From an uncultured Eubacteriales bacterium (GTDB taxonomy: Bacteria > Bacillota > Clostridia > TANB77 > CAG-508), in NCBI GenBank assembly GCA_948468315.1, contig CAOKHL010000007.1, positions 1,102 to 65,101 of the forward strand: a stretch of 64,000 bases of DNA. The letters run 5' to 3'. Position numbers and translations under genes: made by a program. Below the pieces are notes generated by a model. The model searched no databases, had not been told where the DNA came from, and saw only the letters and a program-made list of their open reading frames with translations. Of this stretch, positions 9,850-19,213 are shown piece by piece (the stretch's first letter is position 1; each line of letters begins with the position of its first letter).

Positions 9850-9970
9850 ATCCCTAAAAAAGAACCGGTACCAAACAAGGAAATAGCTAATTCCCTAAAA
9901 AAGAACCGGCACCAAACAAGGAAATAGCTAAATCCCCAAAAAAGAACCGGCACTAAACAGGGAAATAGAA
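9848..9970 (+). repeat. three tandem 41-bp units (AAATCCCTAAAAAAGAACCGGCACYAAACARGGAAATAGCT) filling the trpS-argS spacer
   Basis: Units at 9848-9888, 9889-9929, 9930-9970. Array starts on the trpS stop codon and ends in the argS SD aaaggag. Confidence 0.9.
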
Positions 9971-9980
9971 AGGAGAAAAA

Positions 9981-11690
9981 ATGACAGATTTTAAAGAGTT
10001 AATATCAGACGAAATTGCAAATGTAGTAGGAATAGGAAAACAAGAATTATTAACATATATAGAGGTTCCAAAAGATATAGCAAATGGAGATTATGCATTT
10101 CCATGTTTTAGGCTTGCTAAAGCTTTGAAAAAAGCACCACAAGTAATTGCAAGTGAAATAAAAGAAAAAATTAAATTAGATGAAAACTATTTTTCAAAGA
10201 TGGAAGTTGCTGGGGGATACCTAAACTTCTATATAAATAAAAATATACAAATAATGGATGTATTAACAAAAGTAGGAAATGGTGCAGAATATGGAAGGTC
10301 AGAATTAGGAAAAGGCAAAAACATAGTAATTGACTATTCATCACCTAATATTGCAAAGCCATTTCACATAGGACATTTAAAAACAACTGTAATAGGAGGA
10401 GCATTATATAATATTTATAAATATTTGGGGTATAATGTAATAGGAGTTAATCATCTAGGAGATTATGGAACACAATTTGGAAAGTTGATAGAAGGCTATA
10501 AAAGATGGGGAAACGAATATGATTTAACTGAAAATGCTATTGATAAACTAGCAGATATTTATAAAAGAATAGATGGATTGTGTAAAGAAGATGAAGAAGT
10601 TTTAAACAAATGCCGTGAAAACTTTAAGCTTTTAGAACAAAATGATGAATATTGTACTAAAATTTGGAATGAATTTAAAGATTTAAGTATAAAAGAATTT
10701 CAAAAGATTTATGACTTACTTGGTTCTAAGTTTGACTCATGGAATGGAGAAGCTTTTTATGCAGACAAAACAGATGAAGTAATAGATATATTAAATAAAA
10801 CTGGAAAATTAGTAGAATCTGAAGGAGCAAGAATTATAGATTTAACAGAAAGTGGAATAGAAACACCATGTATAGTATGTAAATCTAATGGTTCAACAAT
10901 ATATGCAACAAGAGATTTAGCGGCAATTCTTTATAGAGCAAGAACATATGATTATGATAAATGTATATATGTTACTTCATATGAACAAAATCTTCATTTT
11001 AAACAAATATTTGAAGTAGCAAAACTTTTGGGGTTAGATGAAAAATATACCAGAGGATTAGAACATGTATCATATGGAATGGTTAGACTTCCTACAGGAA
11101 AAATGTCTACAAGAGCTGGAAATTTTGTAAAAATAGAAGATTTATTAACTAATACAATAAATAGAGCAAAAGAGATAATATCAGAAAAAAATCCTAATCT
11201 CGAAAATAAAGAAGATGTTGCTAAAAAAGTTGGAATTGGAGCAGTTATATTTAATAATTTATCAAGTAGTAGAATGAAAGACGAGGTATTTGATATAAAT
11301 GAAATGCTTAATTTCCAAGGTGAAACAGGGCCTTATATTCAATATACTTATGTTAGAACAAAAAGTGTATTAGAAAAAGTAGGAATGGTTCCAAAAGCAA
11401 GCGATATAAAAGCTCAAAACTTGACTGATGAATATTCTTTGAAATTAATAAATATTATATATAATTTTGAAGATATTTTAAAACAAGTAATAGAAAAAAG
11501 TGAACCATCAATTTTATCAAGATATTTAATAGATTTAGCAAAAGCATATAGTGCATTTTATAATGAAAATAAAATTATATGTGATGATAAATCTTATCAA
11601 GATGCAAGAGTTTATTTAACATATGCAGTTGGAAAAGTTTTAAAACAAGGAGCAAAATTACTTGGAATAGAAATGCCAGACAAAATGTAG
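9981..11690 (+). CDS. argS: arginine--tRNA ligase
   Basis: SSPNIAKPFHIGHLKTTVIG; MSTRAGNF (KMSKS-equivalent); length 569 aa. Confidence 0.9.
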   Translation: MTDFKELISDEIANVVGIGKQELLTYIEVPKDIANGDYAFPCFRLAKALKKAPQVIASEIKEKIKLDENYFSKMEVAGGYLNFYINKNIQIMDVLTKVGNGAEYGRSELGKGKNIVIDYSSPNIAKPFHIGHLKTTVIGGALYNIYKYLGYNVIGVNHLGDYGTQFGKLIEGYKRWGNEYDLTENAIDKLADIYKRIDGLCKEDEEVLNKCRENFKLLEQNDEYCTKIWNEFKDLSIKEFQKIYDLLGSKFDSWNGEAFYADKTDEVIDILNKTGKLVESEGARIIDLTESGIETPCIVCKSNGSTIYATRDLAAILYRARTYDYDKCIYVTSYEQNLHFKQIFEVAKLLGLDEKYTRGLEHVSYGMVRLPTGKMSTRAGNFVKIEDLLTNTINRAKEIISEKNPNLENKEDVAKKVGIGAVIFNNLSSSRMKDEVFDINEMLNFQGETGPYIQYTYVRTKSVLEKVGMVPKASDIKAQNLTDEYSLKLINIIYNFEDILKQVIEKSEPSILSRYLIDLAKAYSAFYNENKIICDDKSYQDARVYLTYAVGKVLKQGAKLLGIEMPDKM

Positions 11691-11717
11691 ATTAAATAAT
11701 TTGGAGGTATTATATTT

Positions 11718-12587
11718 ATGGAAAAAAGAAAAGTTGTTTTAATAGGAACAGGTTTTGTTGGAATGAGTTTTGCGTACTCATTGTTTAATCAAGGTGGAGC
11801 AAATGAATTAGTACTAATAGATGTATTAAAAGAAAAAGCTCAAGGAGAAGCTTTAGATTTAGCACATGGAATTGCGTATTCACCATCAAGAATGGATGTA
11901 AGATATGGAGAATATGATGAATGTAAAGATGCTAATATTGTAGTAATAACAGCAGGTATAGCACAAAAGCCAGGACAAACAAGATTAGAGCTTGTAGATA
12001 CTAATACTAAAATAATGAAATCAGTAACATATGTAGTACAAAAAGTTTCTGGAATGCCTACTGGAAAGGTAATTGGTTCAGGAACAATGTTAGATACTGC
12101 AAGGTTAAGATATTTACTTGGAGAAAAACTAAATGTTAATCCTAAAAATACACATGCATATGTTATGGGAGAACATGGAGATTCATCATTTGTACCATGG
12201 GAACATTGTTATGTAGGATGTAAAAGATTAATAGATATATCAAAAGATAGAAACAAAACAATAGAAGATTTAGAAAAGATAAGAGAAGACGTAAAAAATG
12301 CAGCTTATGAAATTATAGAAAAGAAAAAAGCAACATATTATGGAATTGGAGTAGCTTTAACAAGACTTGTAAAAGCTATATTAGATGATGAAAAATCAAT
12401 ATTAACAGTTTCAACATATTTAAATGGGGAATACAATGAAAAAGATATTTATATAGGTGTTCCAGCAATTGTTACAAGTAAAGGAATAAGAGAAATTCTT
12501 GAATTGCCTTTAGATGAAAAGAACCAAGAAAAATTATCTAATAGTTGTAAAATATTAAGAGAAACAATACAAAAACTAAATATATAG
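11718..12587 (+). CDS. ldh: L-lactate dehydrogenase homologue carrying an in-frame internal deletion of about 22 aa
   Basis: VVLIGTGFVGMSFAY, ITAGIAQKPGQTRLEL, VIGSGTMLDTARLR, GEHGDS. The segment normally containing NPVD is absent. Confidence 0.75.
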   Translation: MEKRKVVLIGTGFVGMSFAYSLFNQGGANELVLIDVLKEKAQGEALDLAHGIAYSPSRMDVRYGEYDECKDANIVVITAGIAQKPGQTRLELVDTNTKIMKSVTYVVQKVSGMPTGKVIGSGTMLDTARLRYLLGEKLNVNPKNTHAYVMGEHGDSSFVPWEHCYVGCKRLIDISKDRNKTIEDLEKIREDVKNAAYEIIEKKKATYYGIGVALTRLVKAILDDEKSILTVSTYLNGEYNEKDIYIGVPAIVTSKGIREILELPLDEKNQEKLSNSCKILRETIQKLNI

Positions 12588-12704
12588 CAAAAGTTTGTAA
12601 TAGAAATGTAATATAAAAGTAATAAAAAAAGGTTGAAAAAGAAACATAAAAATGATATCATTATTTTAATATTTGTTAATAAACAAAAGATAGGGGGAAA
12701 AGGA

Positions 12705-13043
12705 ATGTTTATATTTGATTTAACTAATCCAATAACATTATTATTAGTTGTAATAGCAACAGCATTATTAATATTTTTGGCACAAGAAATAAAGAGAAGC
12801 TCAGTAGCTATAATTCCATTAATATGTTTTCTTGCATTATTAATAGTTCATGTTGTACAAGTATCAACTTTATCATCTGAATTTGCAAATTTATCAGGTA
12901 CAATATATAAATGTATAGCAATTGATTTTCTATTCATATTAATCTCATTCTTCTGTTATTTATGGGTAGATGATTTGGAAGCTAAAAAGAATAATATAAG
13001 AAGTATAGATAGTAGTTTAGATTGGTTTTGGAAAGAGATATAG
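12705..13043 (+). CDS. small membrane protein (3 predicted TM segments)
   Basis: ATG 12705 preceded by gggggaaaagga; hydrophobic segments. Confidence 0.4.
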   Translation: MFIFDLTNPITLLLVVIATALLIFLAQEIKRSSVAIIPLICFLALLIVHVVQVSTLSSEFANLSGTIYKCIAIDFLFILISFFCYLWVDDLEAKKNNIRSIDSSLDWFWKEI

Positions 13044-13158
13044 TGGAAAGGAGATTTTTCTCTTTTCTATTTTTTTATTTAAAATAACCAAGGTTGGTTA
13101 AAAAGTAGTAAAAGTCTTGATTTTTTTTAATATGTAATATATAATATCCTATATATTT

Positions 13159-13234
13159 GCTTTCATAGCTCAGTTGGTAGAGTGCAGCCTTGGTAAGGCT
13201 GAGGTCACGGGTTCAATTCCCGTTGGAAGCTCCA
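13159..13234 (+). tRNA. tRNA-Thr (anticodon GGT), CCA encoded
   Basis: Hand-folded cloverleaf: acceptor GCTTTCA/TGGAAGC, anticodon stem CAGCC/GGCTG with loop TTGGTAA, T-arm ACGGG-TTCAATT-CCCGT; 76 nt. Confidence 0.85.
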
Positions 13235-13274
13235 ACCACGTATCTGTTCAAACTAATAGAATAGATATATATAG

Positions 13275-13305
13275 ATATCATTCTAAAAAGGAATGATATT
13301 TTTTG
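13275..13305 (+). terminator. terminator downstream of tRNA-Thr
   Basis: atatcattc / gaatgatat stem followed by tttttt. Confidence 0.6.
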
Positions 13306-13566
13306 TTTGAGAAAATTTATTGCCTCGCAGAGCCCCCATGTTATGATAGTATGTCATAACATATAGGTGGTTAGGACTTGTGACAAAGCCAAAGTCCTAT
13401 GCTGTGAATAAAAAGTTAAATACATAATAATGTCAAGTTAATAATAAAACTATTGAATTTTTACATAAAGAATGATATACTAACTATATCATTCGTAGCT
13501 ATACGAACTATAATAAGAATAGCAAGTTTAGAAATTCTCTAAAAACAATTGTTAGGAGGAAAAGGT

Positions 13567-13962
13567 ATGTTAAGCTTAATAATTATTTTGTATGGAATCG
13601 GAATGATGTTCGCTATGAGGAAGTGGAAGAAATGTAATTTATGGTATTGTAAAATCTTATTAAGAAGTTACAAAATTGTGTTTCCATTTTTGATTATTAC
13701 ATGGTCTGCATTGTTTACAGTAGTTAATCAAATCGACACTGCTTATTCGCAACAACAAATTGATACTTTAACAGAAGTAAACAAACAAATGGAGAATTTG
13801 ATAGAAATAATAAAAGACGAATTATCTGATAATCCTGAGTTATTAAACCATGTAGAAGAATATCTAAATGAGGATATTAATTCCAACAATGAAAAAATAA
13901 GTCGAGGTAACAACTTACAAAAAAATAGAGTAACATATCGATGGTGGCTTTATTTTAGATAA
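13567..13962 (+). CDS. hypothetical membrane-anchored protein
   Basis: RBS aggaggaaaaggt before ATG 13567; N-terminal TM segments; no motif recognised. Confidence 0.35.
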   Translation: MLSLIIILYGIGMMFAMRKWKKCNLWYCKILLRSYKIVFPFLIITWSALFTVVNQIDTAYSQQQIDTLTEVNKQMENLIEIIKDELSDNPELLNHVEEYLNEDINSNNEKISRGNNLQKNRVTYRWWLYFR

Positions 13963-14373
13963 TTCTTTTTTAAGCAAGTACAAATAAACATTATCTAATT
14001 TCTTAGGAATTAGATAATGTTTATTTATATATTTATTTACAATATTTTCTATTAAAAAATTTATCTAATTATTTTTGACTTAAGTAACTAATCTTTGTAA
14101 CTTTCTTTTTCTCTATATTTTCACCTCTTTTCTTTTGTAAAACTATTTATATAACAATATTTTTCAGTTAGGGTATACACTATCTGCTGGTTGTTTCGTA
14201 ACTAGGAGAGGGGGATTTTCTTGTTTTTTTAATAAATTTATTGCAATTTATCCAAAATATGATATACTTTAGTATATTAATTGATATTTACATCAATCAT
14301 TAAGAGAGCAAAAAAGTAATAAAAAAACTACAACAATTGCTCAAAAAATAAAAAAGAAAAAGAAGGGAAAAAC

Positions 14374-15466
14374 ATGAAAATAGGAATTGTAGGTCTTCCA
14401 AATGTAGGAAAAAGTACATTATTTAATAGTATAACAAAAGCAGGGGCAGAATCAGCAAACTATCCATTTTGTACAATAGAGCCAAATGTAGGAGTTGTAG
14501 CTGTACCAGATGAAAGGTTAGAAAAATTAGCACGGAATGTATAATTCAAAAAAAATAACACCAGCAATTGTAGAATTTGTTGACATAGCAGGACTAGTAA
14601 AAGGAGCAAGTAAGGGAGAAGGACTAGGAAATAAGTTCCTATCACATATAAGAGAAACAGATGCCATATGTGAAGTTGTAAGATGTTTTGAAGACTCAAA
14701 TATAGTACATGTTGCAGGAAATGTAGATCCAATAAGAGATATAGAAACAATAAATCTAGAATTAATTTTTGCAGATATAGAAACAGTTGAAAAAAGATTA
14801 GACAAAGCAAAAAAAATGCTTAAAGCAGATAAAAAATATCAATCAGAAATAGACTTATTAGAAAAGATAAAATTAGCATTAGAAAATGGAATGCCAGCAA
14901 GACAATTAGAATATAATGAAGATGAAAAAGTTCTTCTAAAAGAAATGTTTTTATTAACATCAAAACCATTAATATACATAACAAATGTATCAGAAGAGCA
15001 ATTGGCTGATAGTGAAAATGACGCTAATGTACAAAAAGTAAAACAGTATGCAGAAAGAGAAAAAGCAGAAGTTATACCACTTTGTGTAAAAATAGAAGAT
15101 GAATTATCTACATTAGATGATAATGACAAAAAAGAAATGCTAGAGGCACTTGGGTTAAAAGAATCAGGACTAGATACATTAATTAAAAAGAGTTATGATT
15201 TATTAGGATTAATGTCATTTTTAACAGCTGGAGAGCCAGAGGTAAGAGCATGGACAATAAAGAAAAACACAAAAGCACCAGAAGCAGCAGGAAAAATACA
15301 TTCAGATATAGAAAGAGGATTCATAAAAGCAGAAGTAATATCATATGATGAACTAATGAAAGAAGGTTCAATGGTACAAGCAAAAGAAAAGGGACTAGTT
15401 AGACAAGAAGGAAAAGAATATGTTATGCAAGAAGGAGATATAGTACTATTCAAATTTAATGTGTAA
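14374..15466 (+). CDS. ychF: ribosome-binding ATPase YchF, split by a +1 frame break at in-frame CGG 14533-14535
   Basis: [18 protein letters not shown]...[10 protein letters not shown] in frame 1 from ATG 14374. Continues from GGA 14534 as [36 protein letters not shown]-terminal TGS-like FIKAEVI. Confidence 0.85.
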
Positions 15467-15521
15467 CAAACCTGTAAAAAAAATGTAATATAATTGTAAA
15501 GCAAAAAAATATATAAAAAAA

Positions 15522-15550
15522 TTGACATACGTAGAAAAATGTTGTAAAAT
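15522..15550 (+). promoter_or_regulatory. sigma-70-type promoter candidate (TTGACA-17-TAAAAT)
   Basis: Read directly upstream of the gene at 15627. Confidence 0.5.
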
Positions 15551-15626
15551 AAAAAAGAACTAACAAATGATAATTTATATTATTATGTTATATTAATAAT
15601 TTAATTTGATAAGGAGAGATTATAAA

Positions 15627-16022
15627 ATGAAAAATGAAAAAATATTTAAAAAATTAGTAATAATAATGTTAAGTTTAGTATTTGTATTAGTAAGTGCAAC
15701 TTCTGTATTAGCAGCAGATGATAGTGACTTATTTTTCCAGAACCTTGAAAAAACAGAAAATACACAACAAGATGGAAACAATACAGCAAATAATACAGAA
15801 AATACAAATAGTAATACAAATGGAACATCATTAACAACAAATACAAATAATACAAGCAATACTAATTCAAATGTAAATACAAACAGAAATGTATCAAATA
15901 CAAATGAATTAGCAAAAACAGGGTTATCAAATACAGGAAGTATAATTGCTTTAATAGTAGTAATATGTGGAGTATCTGCAATTTACTCTTATAAAAAAGT
16001 AAATGATTATAAAAAATTCTAA
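15627..16022 (+). CDS. small secreted Asn/Thr-rich protein with a sortase-type anchor (LAKTG plus TM plus basic tail)
   Basis: Signal peptide ...SVLAADD; LAKTG followed by IIALIVVICGVSAIY and KKVNDYKKF; RBS aaggagag. Confidence 0.65.
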   Translation: MKNEKIFKKLVIIMLSLVFVLVSATSVLAADDSDLFFQNLEKTENTQQDGNNTANNTENTNSNTNGTSLTTNTNNTSNTNSNVNTNRNVSNTNELAKTGLSNTGSIIALIVVICGVSAIYSYKKVNDYKKF

Positions 16023-16108
16023 AATAAGAGATATAAAATAAAAGTAGCAATAAAAACAACAATTTTATTGCTATTTTTATTTTTTTTTGCTATGATATAA
16101 ATAGGTGT

Positions 16109-16189
16109 AAATCCCTGAAAAAGAACCGGCCCTTAACGAGGAATTAGCTAATTCCCTGAAAAAGAACCGGCACTAAACAGGGAAATAGA
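16109..16189 (+). repeat. two tandem 41-bp units of the same family, ending in the SD region of the gene at 16204
   Basis: aaatccctgaaaaagaaccggcccttaacgaggaattagct + aattccctgaaaaagaaccggcactaaacagggaaataga. Confidence 0.9.
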
Positions 16190-16203
16190 AAGGAAAAGAA
16201 CTA

Positions 16204-17331
16204 ATGAAAAGTAAGTTTACAACAGTAGTGTTATTTTTAGTAGCTATAATACTAGTATTAGGAATAGTAGTATTAGGTGGAGCAATATATAATGATTTAT
16301 TAGGTGGAGATACAAGTGATATTATATATACAATTCAAAATATAGCAGCAGAAGAACCAAGTGAAAATACACATAAAAATATAGAGACTTCAAATCAGAA
16401 TATAAATACATCAATTCAAGGAATATCTAGTAGTAATGTACAAGAACCGCAAAAAATAACAACGAATAATAATAAATTTTTTTATAACCAATTAAAAGGA
16501 AATGAAAAAATTATATATGATAAATTACAAGATAATAAGCAAAATTTAAAGCAAGGAAATTATGAAATAAAATTTGGAGGGGTTTTTTCTGATACATTGT
16601 CTGAAGAAAATGGAGGAGAGAGATTAGGACAAGAATATCAAACCGCAATAGAAGCATTTGTACATGATAATCCAGATATATTTTATTTAGATGTAAATAA
16701 AATGTATTTAAATATGGAAACAACAACAAAGTTTTTAAGAACAACATATAATGTGTATATATCACCAGCTCAAGGCCAAACATATTTATCAAGTGAGTTT
16801 TCTTCTACAAGTCAAATTGATAAAGCGATAGAGGAAATAGAAAGTGTTAAAAATAATATAATAAATAGATTAAATGGAACAGATTATCAAAAAATTTTAA
16901 CTATTCATGATTATTTAGTAGACAATATAGAATATGATTCAAGTTATCAAGCTAAAGGAAGTTACGGTATTTATGGAGCTTTAGTTGGAAAAAAATGTGT
17001 ATGTGAAGGATATGCGAAAGCTTTTAAATATTTAACTAATGCAGCAGGAATAGAATGTGAAATAATGCAAGGAACAGCTACAAATAGTTCTGGTCAAACT
17101 GAAAGTCATGCATGGAATTGTGTAGAAGTAAATGGAATTTGGTATGGTGTAGATGTAACCTGGGATGATCCTATAATAATCGGTGGAGGAAGAACTGTAT
17201 CAAATGAACATAGATATAAATATTTCCTAAAAGGAAGAAATACTTTTGAAAAAGACCATGTATTATCTTATAAATTTTCTGAAAATGGAAAAAGTTTTGC
17301 TTATCCAAGTATGAGTAGAAGTGATTATTAA
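16204..17331 (+). CDS. membrane-anchored transglutaminase-like (Cys-His-Asp) domain protein
   Basis: GKKCVCEGYAKAF...ESHAWNCVEVNGIWYGVDVTWDD. Confidence 0.7.
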   Translation: MKSKFTTVVLFLVAIILVLGIVVLGGAIYNDLLGGDTSDIIYTIQNIAAEEPSENTHKNIETSNQNINTSIQGISSSNVQEPQKITTNNNKFFYNQLKGNEKIIYDKLQDNKQNLKQGNYEIKFGGVFSDTLSEENGGERLGQEYQTAIEAFVHDNPDIFYLDVNKMYLNMETTTKFLRTTYNVYISPAQGQTYLSSEFSSTSQIDKAIEEIESVKNNIINRLNGTDYQKILTIHDYLVDNIEYDSSYQAKGSYGIYGALVGKKCVCEGYAKAFKYLTNAAGIECEIMQGTATNSSGQTESHAWNCVEVNGIWYGVDVTWDDPIIIGGGRTVSNEHRYKYFLKGRNTFEKDHVLSYKFSENGKSFAYPSMSRSDY

Positions 17332-17418
17332 AAAAGTAAAAAAATTTTTTAATACTACTTGAATACACCTAAACTTTATGATATAGTATTTAAAACTAGA
17401 TTAAGAGGTGAATGAAAA

Positions 17419-19128
17419 TTGGAAAAGAAAATCAATTATTTCAAAACATATGAAATAGAAGATTTGAAAGACATGTTAGAAAAGACAGCTCAAAGAAATG
17501 AGAAAAAAGTAGCATTTAAATTAAAAAATGAAAATGGAAAAATTGTAAATAAAACATATGGAGAATTCAAAAAAGATGTAGAAAATTTAAGTACGAAATT
17601 AATAAATATGGGATTAAAAGATAAAAGAATAGCAGTTATGGGGAAAAATAGTTATAATTGGGCTATTTCATATTTATCAGCTACAATAATTGGAATAGTT
17701 GTTCCAATAGATAAAGAAGCGTCAAATGAAAATATAAAAGAATTTTTAAATGTATCAGAAGCAGAAGCGATGATTGCAGATAGTAAATATTTAAATGAAA
17801 TATCAAAATTTCAAAAAGAATTAAAAAAAGAAACAATATTAATAGATATGCAAAATACTTCAAAATATCTTAATTTAAAATATTTATTAGATGATGGAGA
17901 GAAAATAATTTTAGATGGAAATAAAGATTTTCAAAATATAAAAATTAATCCAGATGAAATGAAAATATTACTTTTTACATCAGGAACAACAGGAAACTCA
18001 AAAGCTGTTATGTTATCACACAAAAATATATGTTCAAATATAATTTCTGTTGCAAGTATTGTAAAAGTAGATAATAGTACAACAGTTTTATCAATATTAC
18101 CACTTCATCATACTTATGAATGTACACTAGGATTTTTATTAGTAGTATATGGAGGAGGAACAATTGGATATTGTGAAGGTTTAAGATATATTACTAAAAA
18201 TATTGAGGAATATAAACCAACATTTATATTATGTGTACCATTACTTTTAGAGAATGTATATAAAAAAGTAATAAAAAATTTAAAAACAAGTTTACCAAAG
18301 AAATATACAGGAGATGAAAGCAAAATAATAGATAATTTACCTGTTTTTTTGAAGGCAATAGTAAAAAGAAAAGTAAAGAAATCTTTAGGTGGAAAAATAA
18401 AGACTTTTATAGTTGGAGCAGCAGCTATAAAACCAGAAATAGTAGAAGCATTTTTCAAATTAGGAATAAAAGTATTACAAGGATATGGTTTAACAGAATG
18501 TTCGCCATTAGTTGCTGGAAATAATGATTTTTATTATAAAGCAGCCTCATGTGGAATGCCAATACCAAATGTTGAATATAAAATAGATAATCCAAATGAA
18601 GAAGGAATAGGAGAAATAATTGTTAAAGGTCCTAATGTAATGCTTGGGTATTATAAAAATAAAGAAGCAACTGATAAGGTTTTAAAAGATGGGTGGTTTT
18701 ATACTGGAGATTTAGGATATATTGATGAAGAAAAATTTTTATATATTTCAGGAAGAAGCAAAAACATGATATTAACTAAAAATGGAGAAAACATATATCC
18801 TGAAGAAATAGAAAATATATTAAATGATAATAATTTAATAGAAGAATCATTAGTAATAGGAACATCAAATGGAAAAGATGATGTTCAAGTAAAAGCTAAA
18901 ATATTCCCCAATTTAGAAGCGATAAAGGAATATCTAGGAAGCAAAATTCCGACAAAAGAGGAAGTAAGTAAAATATTAAGTGAAGTTGTAAAAAAGGCAA
19001 ATGAGAAGTTGCCTAATTTTAAACATATAAAATCTTTTAAGATAATGGATGAGGACTTTGAAAGAACAACAACTAATAAGGTTAAGAGATTTGGAAAAAA
19101 TATGGAGGATGAGGATAGAAAACAGTAA
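17419..19128 (+). CDS. AMP-dependent acyl-CoA ligase (long-chain fatty acid CoA ligase-like); TTG start
   Basis: LFTSGTTGNSKAVMLSHKN, GYGLTEC, YTGDLG, NGENIYPEEIE. Confidence 0.8.
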   Translation: MEKKINYFKTYEIEDLKDMLEKTAQRNEKKVAFKLKNENGKIVNKTYGEFKKDVENLSTKLINMGLKDKRIAVMGKNSYNWAISYLSATIIGIVVPIDKEASNENIKEFLNVSEAEAMIADSKYLNEISKFQKELKKETILIDMQNTSKYLNLKYLLDDGEKIILDGNKDFQNIKINPDEMKILLFTSGTTGNSKAVMLSHKNICSNIISVASIVKVDNSTTVLSILPLHHTYECTLGFLLVVYGGGTIGYCEGLRYITKNIEEYKPTFILCVPLLLENVYKKVIKNLKTSLPKKYTGDESKIIDNLPVFLKAIVKRKVKKSLGGKIKTFIVGAAAIKPEIVEAFFKLGIKVLQGYGLTECSPLVAGNNDFYYKAASCGMPIPNVEYKIDNPNEEGIGEIIVKGPNVMLGYYKNKEATDKVLKDGWFYTGDLGYIDEEKFLYISGRSKNMILTKNGENIYPEEIENILNDNNLIEESLVIGTSNGKDDVQVKAKIFPNLEAIKEYLGSKIPTKEEVSKILSEVVKKANEKLPNFKHIKSFKIMDEDFERTTTNKVKRFGKNMEDEDRKQ

Positions 19129-19140
19129 AAAAATCCGTTA

Positions 19141-19189
19141 GAAAAGCATATATAGTTTTATTTTAAATATAAAACTATATATGCTTTTC
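19141..19189. terminator. bidirectional hairpin (20-bp perfect stem) between convergent genes
   Basis: gaaaagcatatatagtttta / taaaactatatatgcttttc. Confidence 0.75.
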
Positions 19190-19213
19190 TAACTAGTTTG
19201 AGTATAAATATTT

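Noticed and set aside
9848-9970. Could the 41-bp tandem units be a mini CRISPR array?
   Set aside because: The units abut directly with no spacers, there are only 2-3 copies per locus, no cas genes are in the window, and the arrays are fused to ribosome-binding sites.
7334-9980. T-box leaders upstream of cysS, trpS and argS
   Set aside because: The spacers are 92, 27 and 131 nt. The first is a plain terminator hairpin and the last is filled by the 41-bp repeats. No specifier-loop or T-box sequence is visible, and all are too short for a T-box.
13235-14373. A tRNA-Thr-linked genomic island
   Set aside because: There is no integrase and no repeat of the tRNA 3' end. Only one small hypothetical gene is present. 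The evidence is insufficient, so the area is kept only as a low-interest note on the structured spacer.
15780-15900. A DNA tandem repeat in the Asn/Thr-rich region
   Set aside because: It is codon-level low complexity (aat/aca) without a fixed repeat unit.
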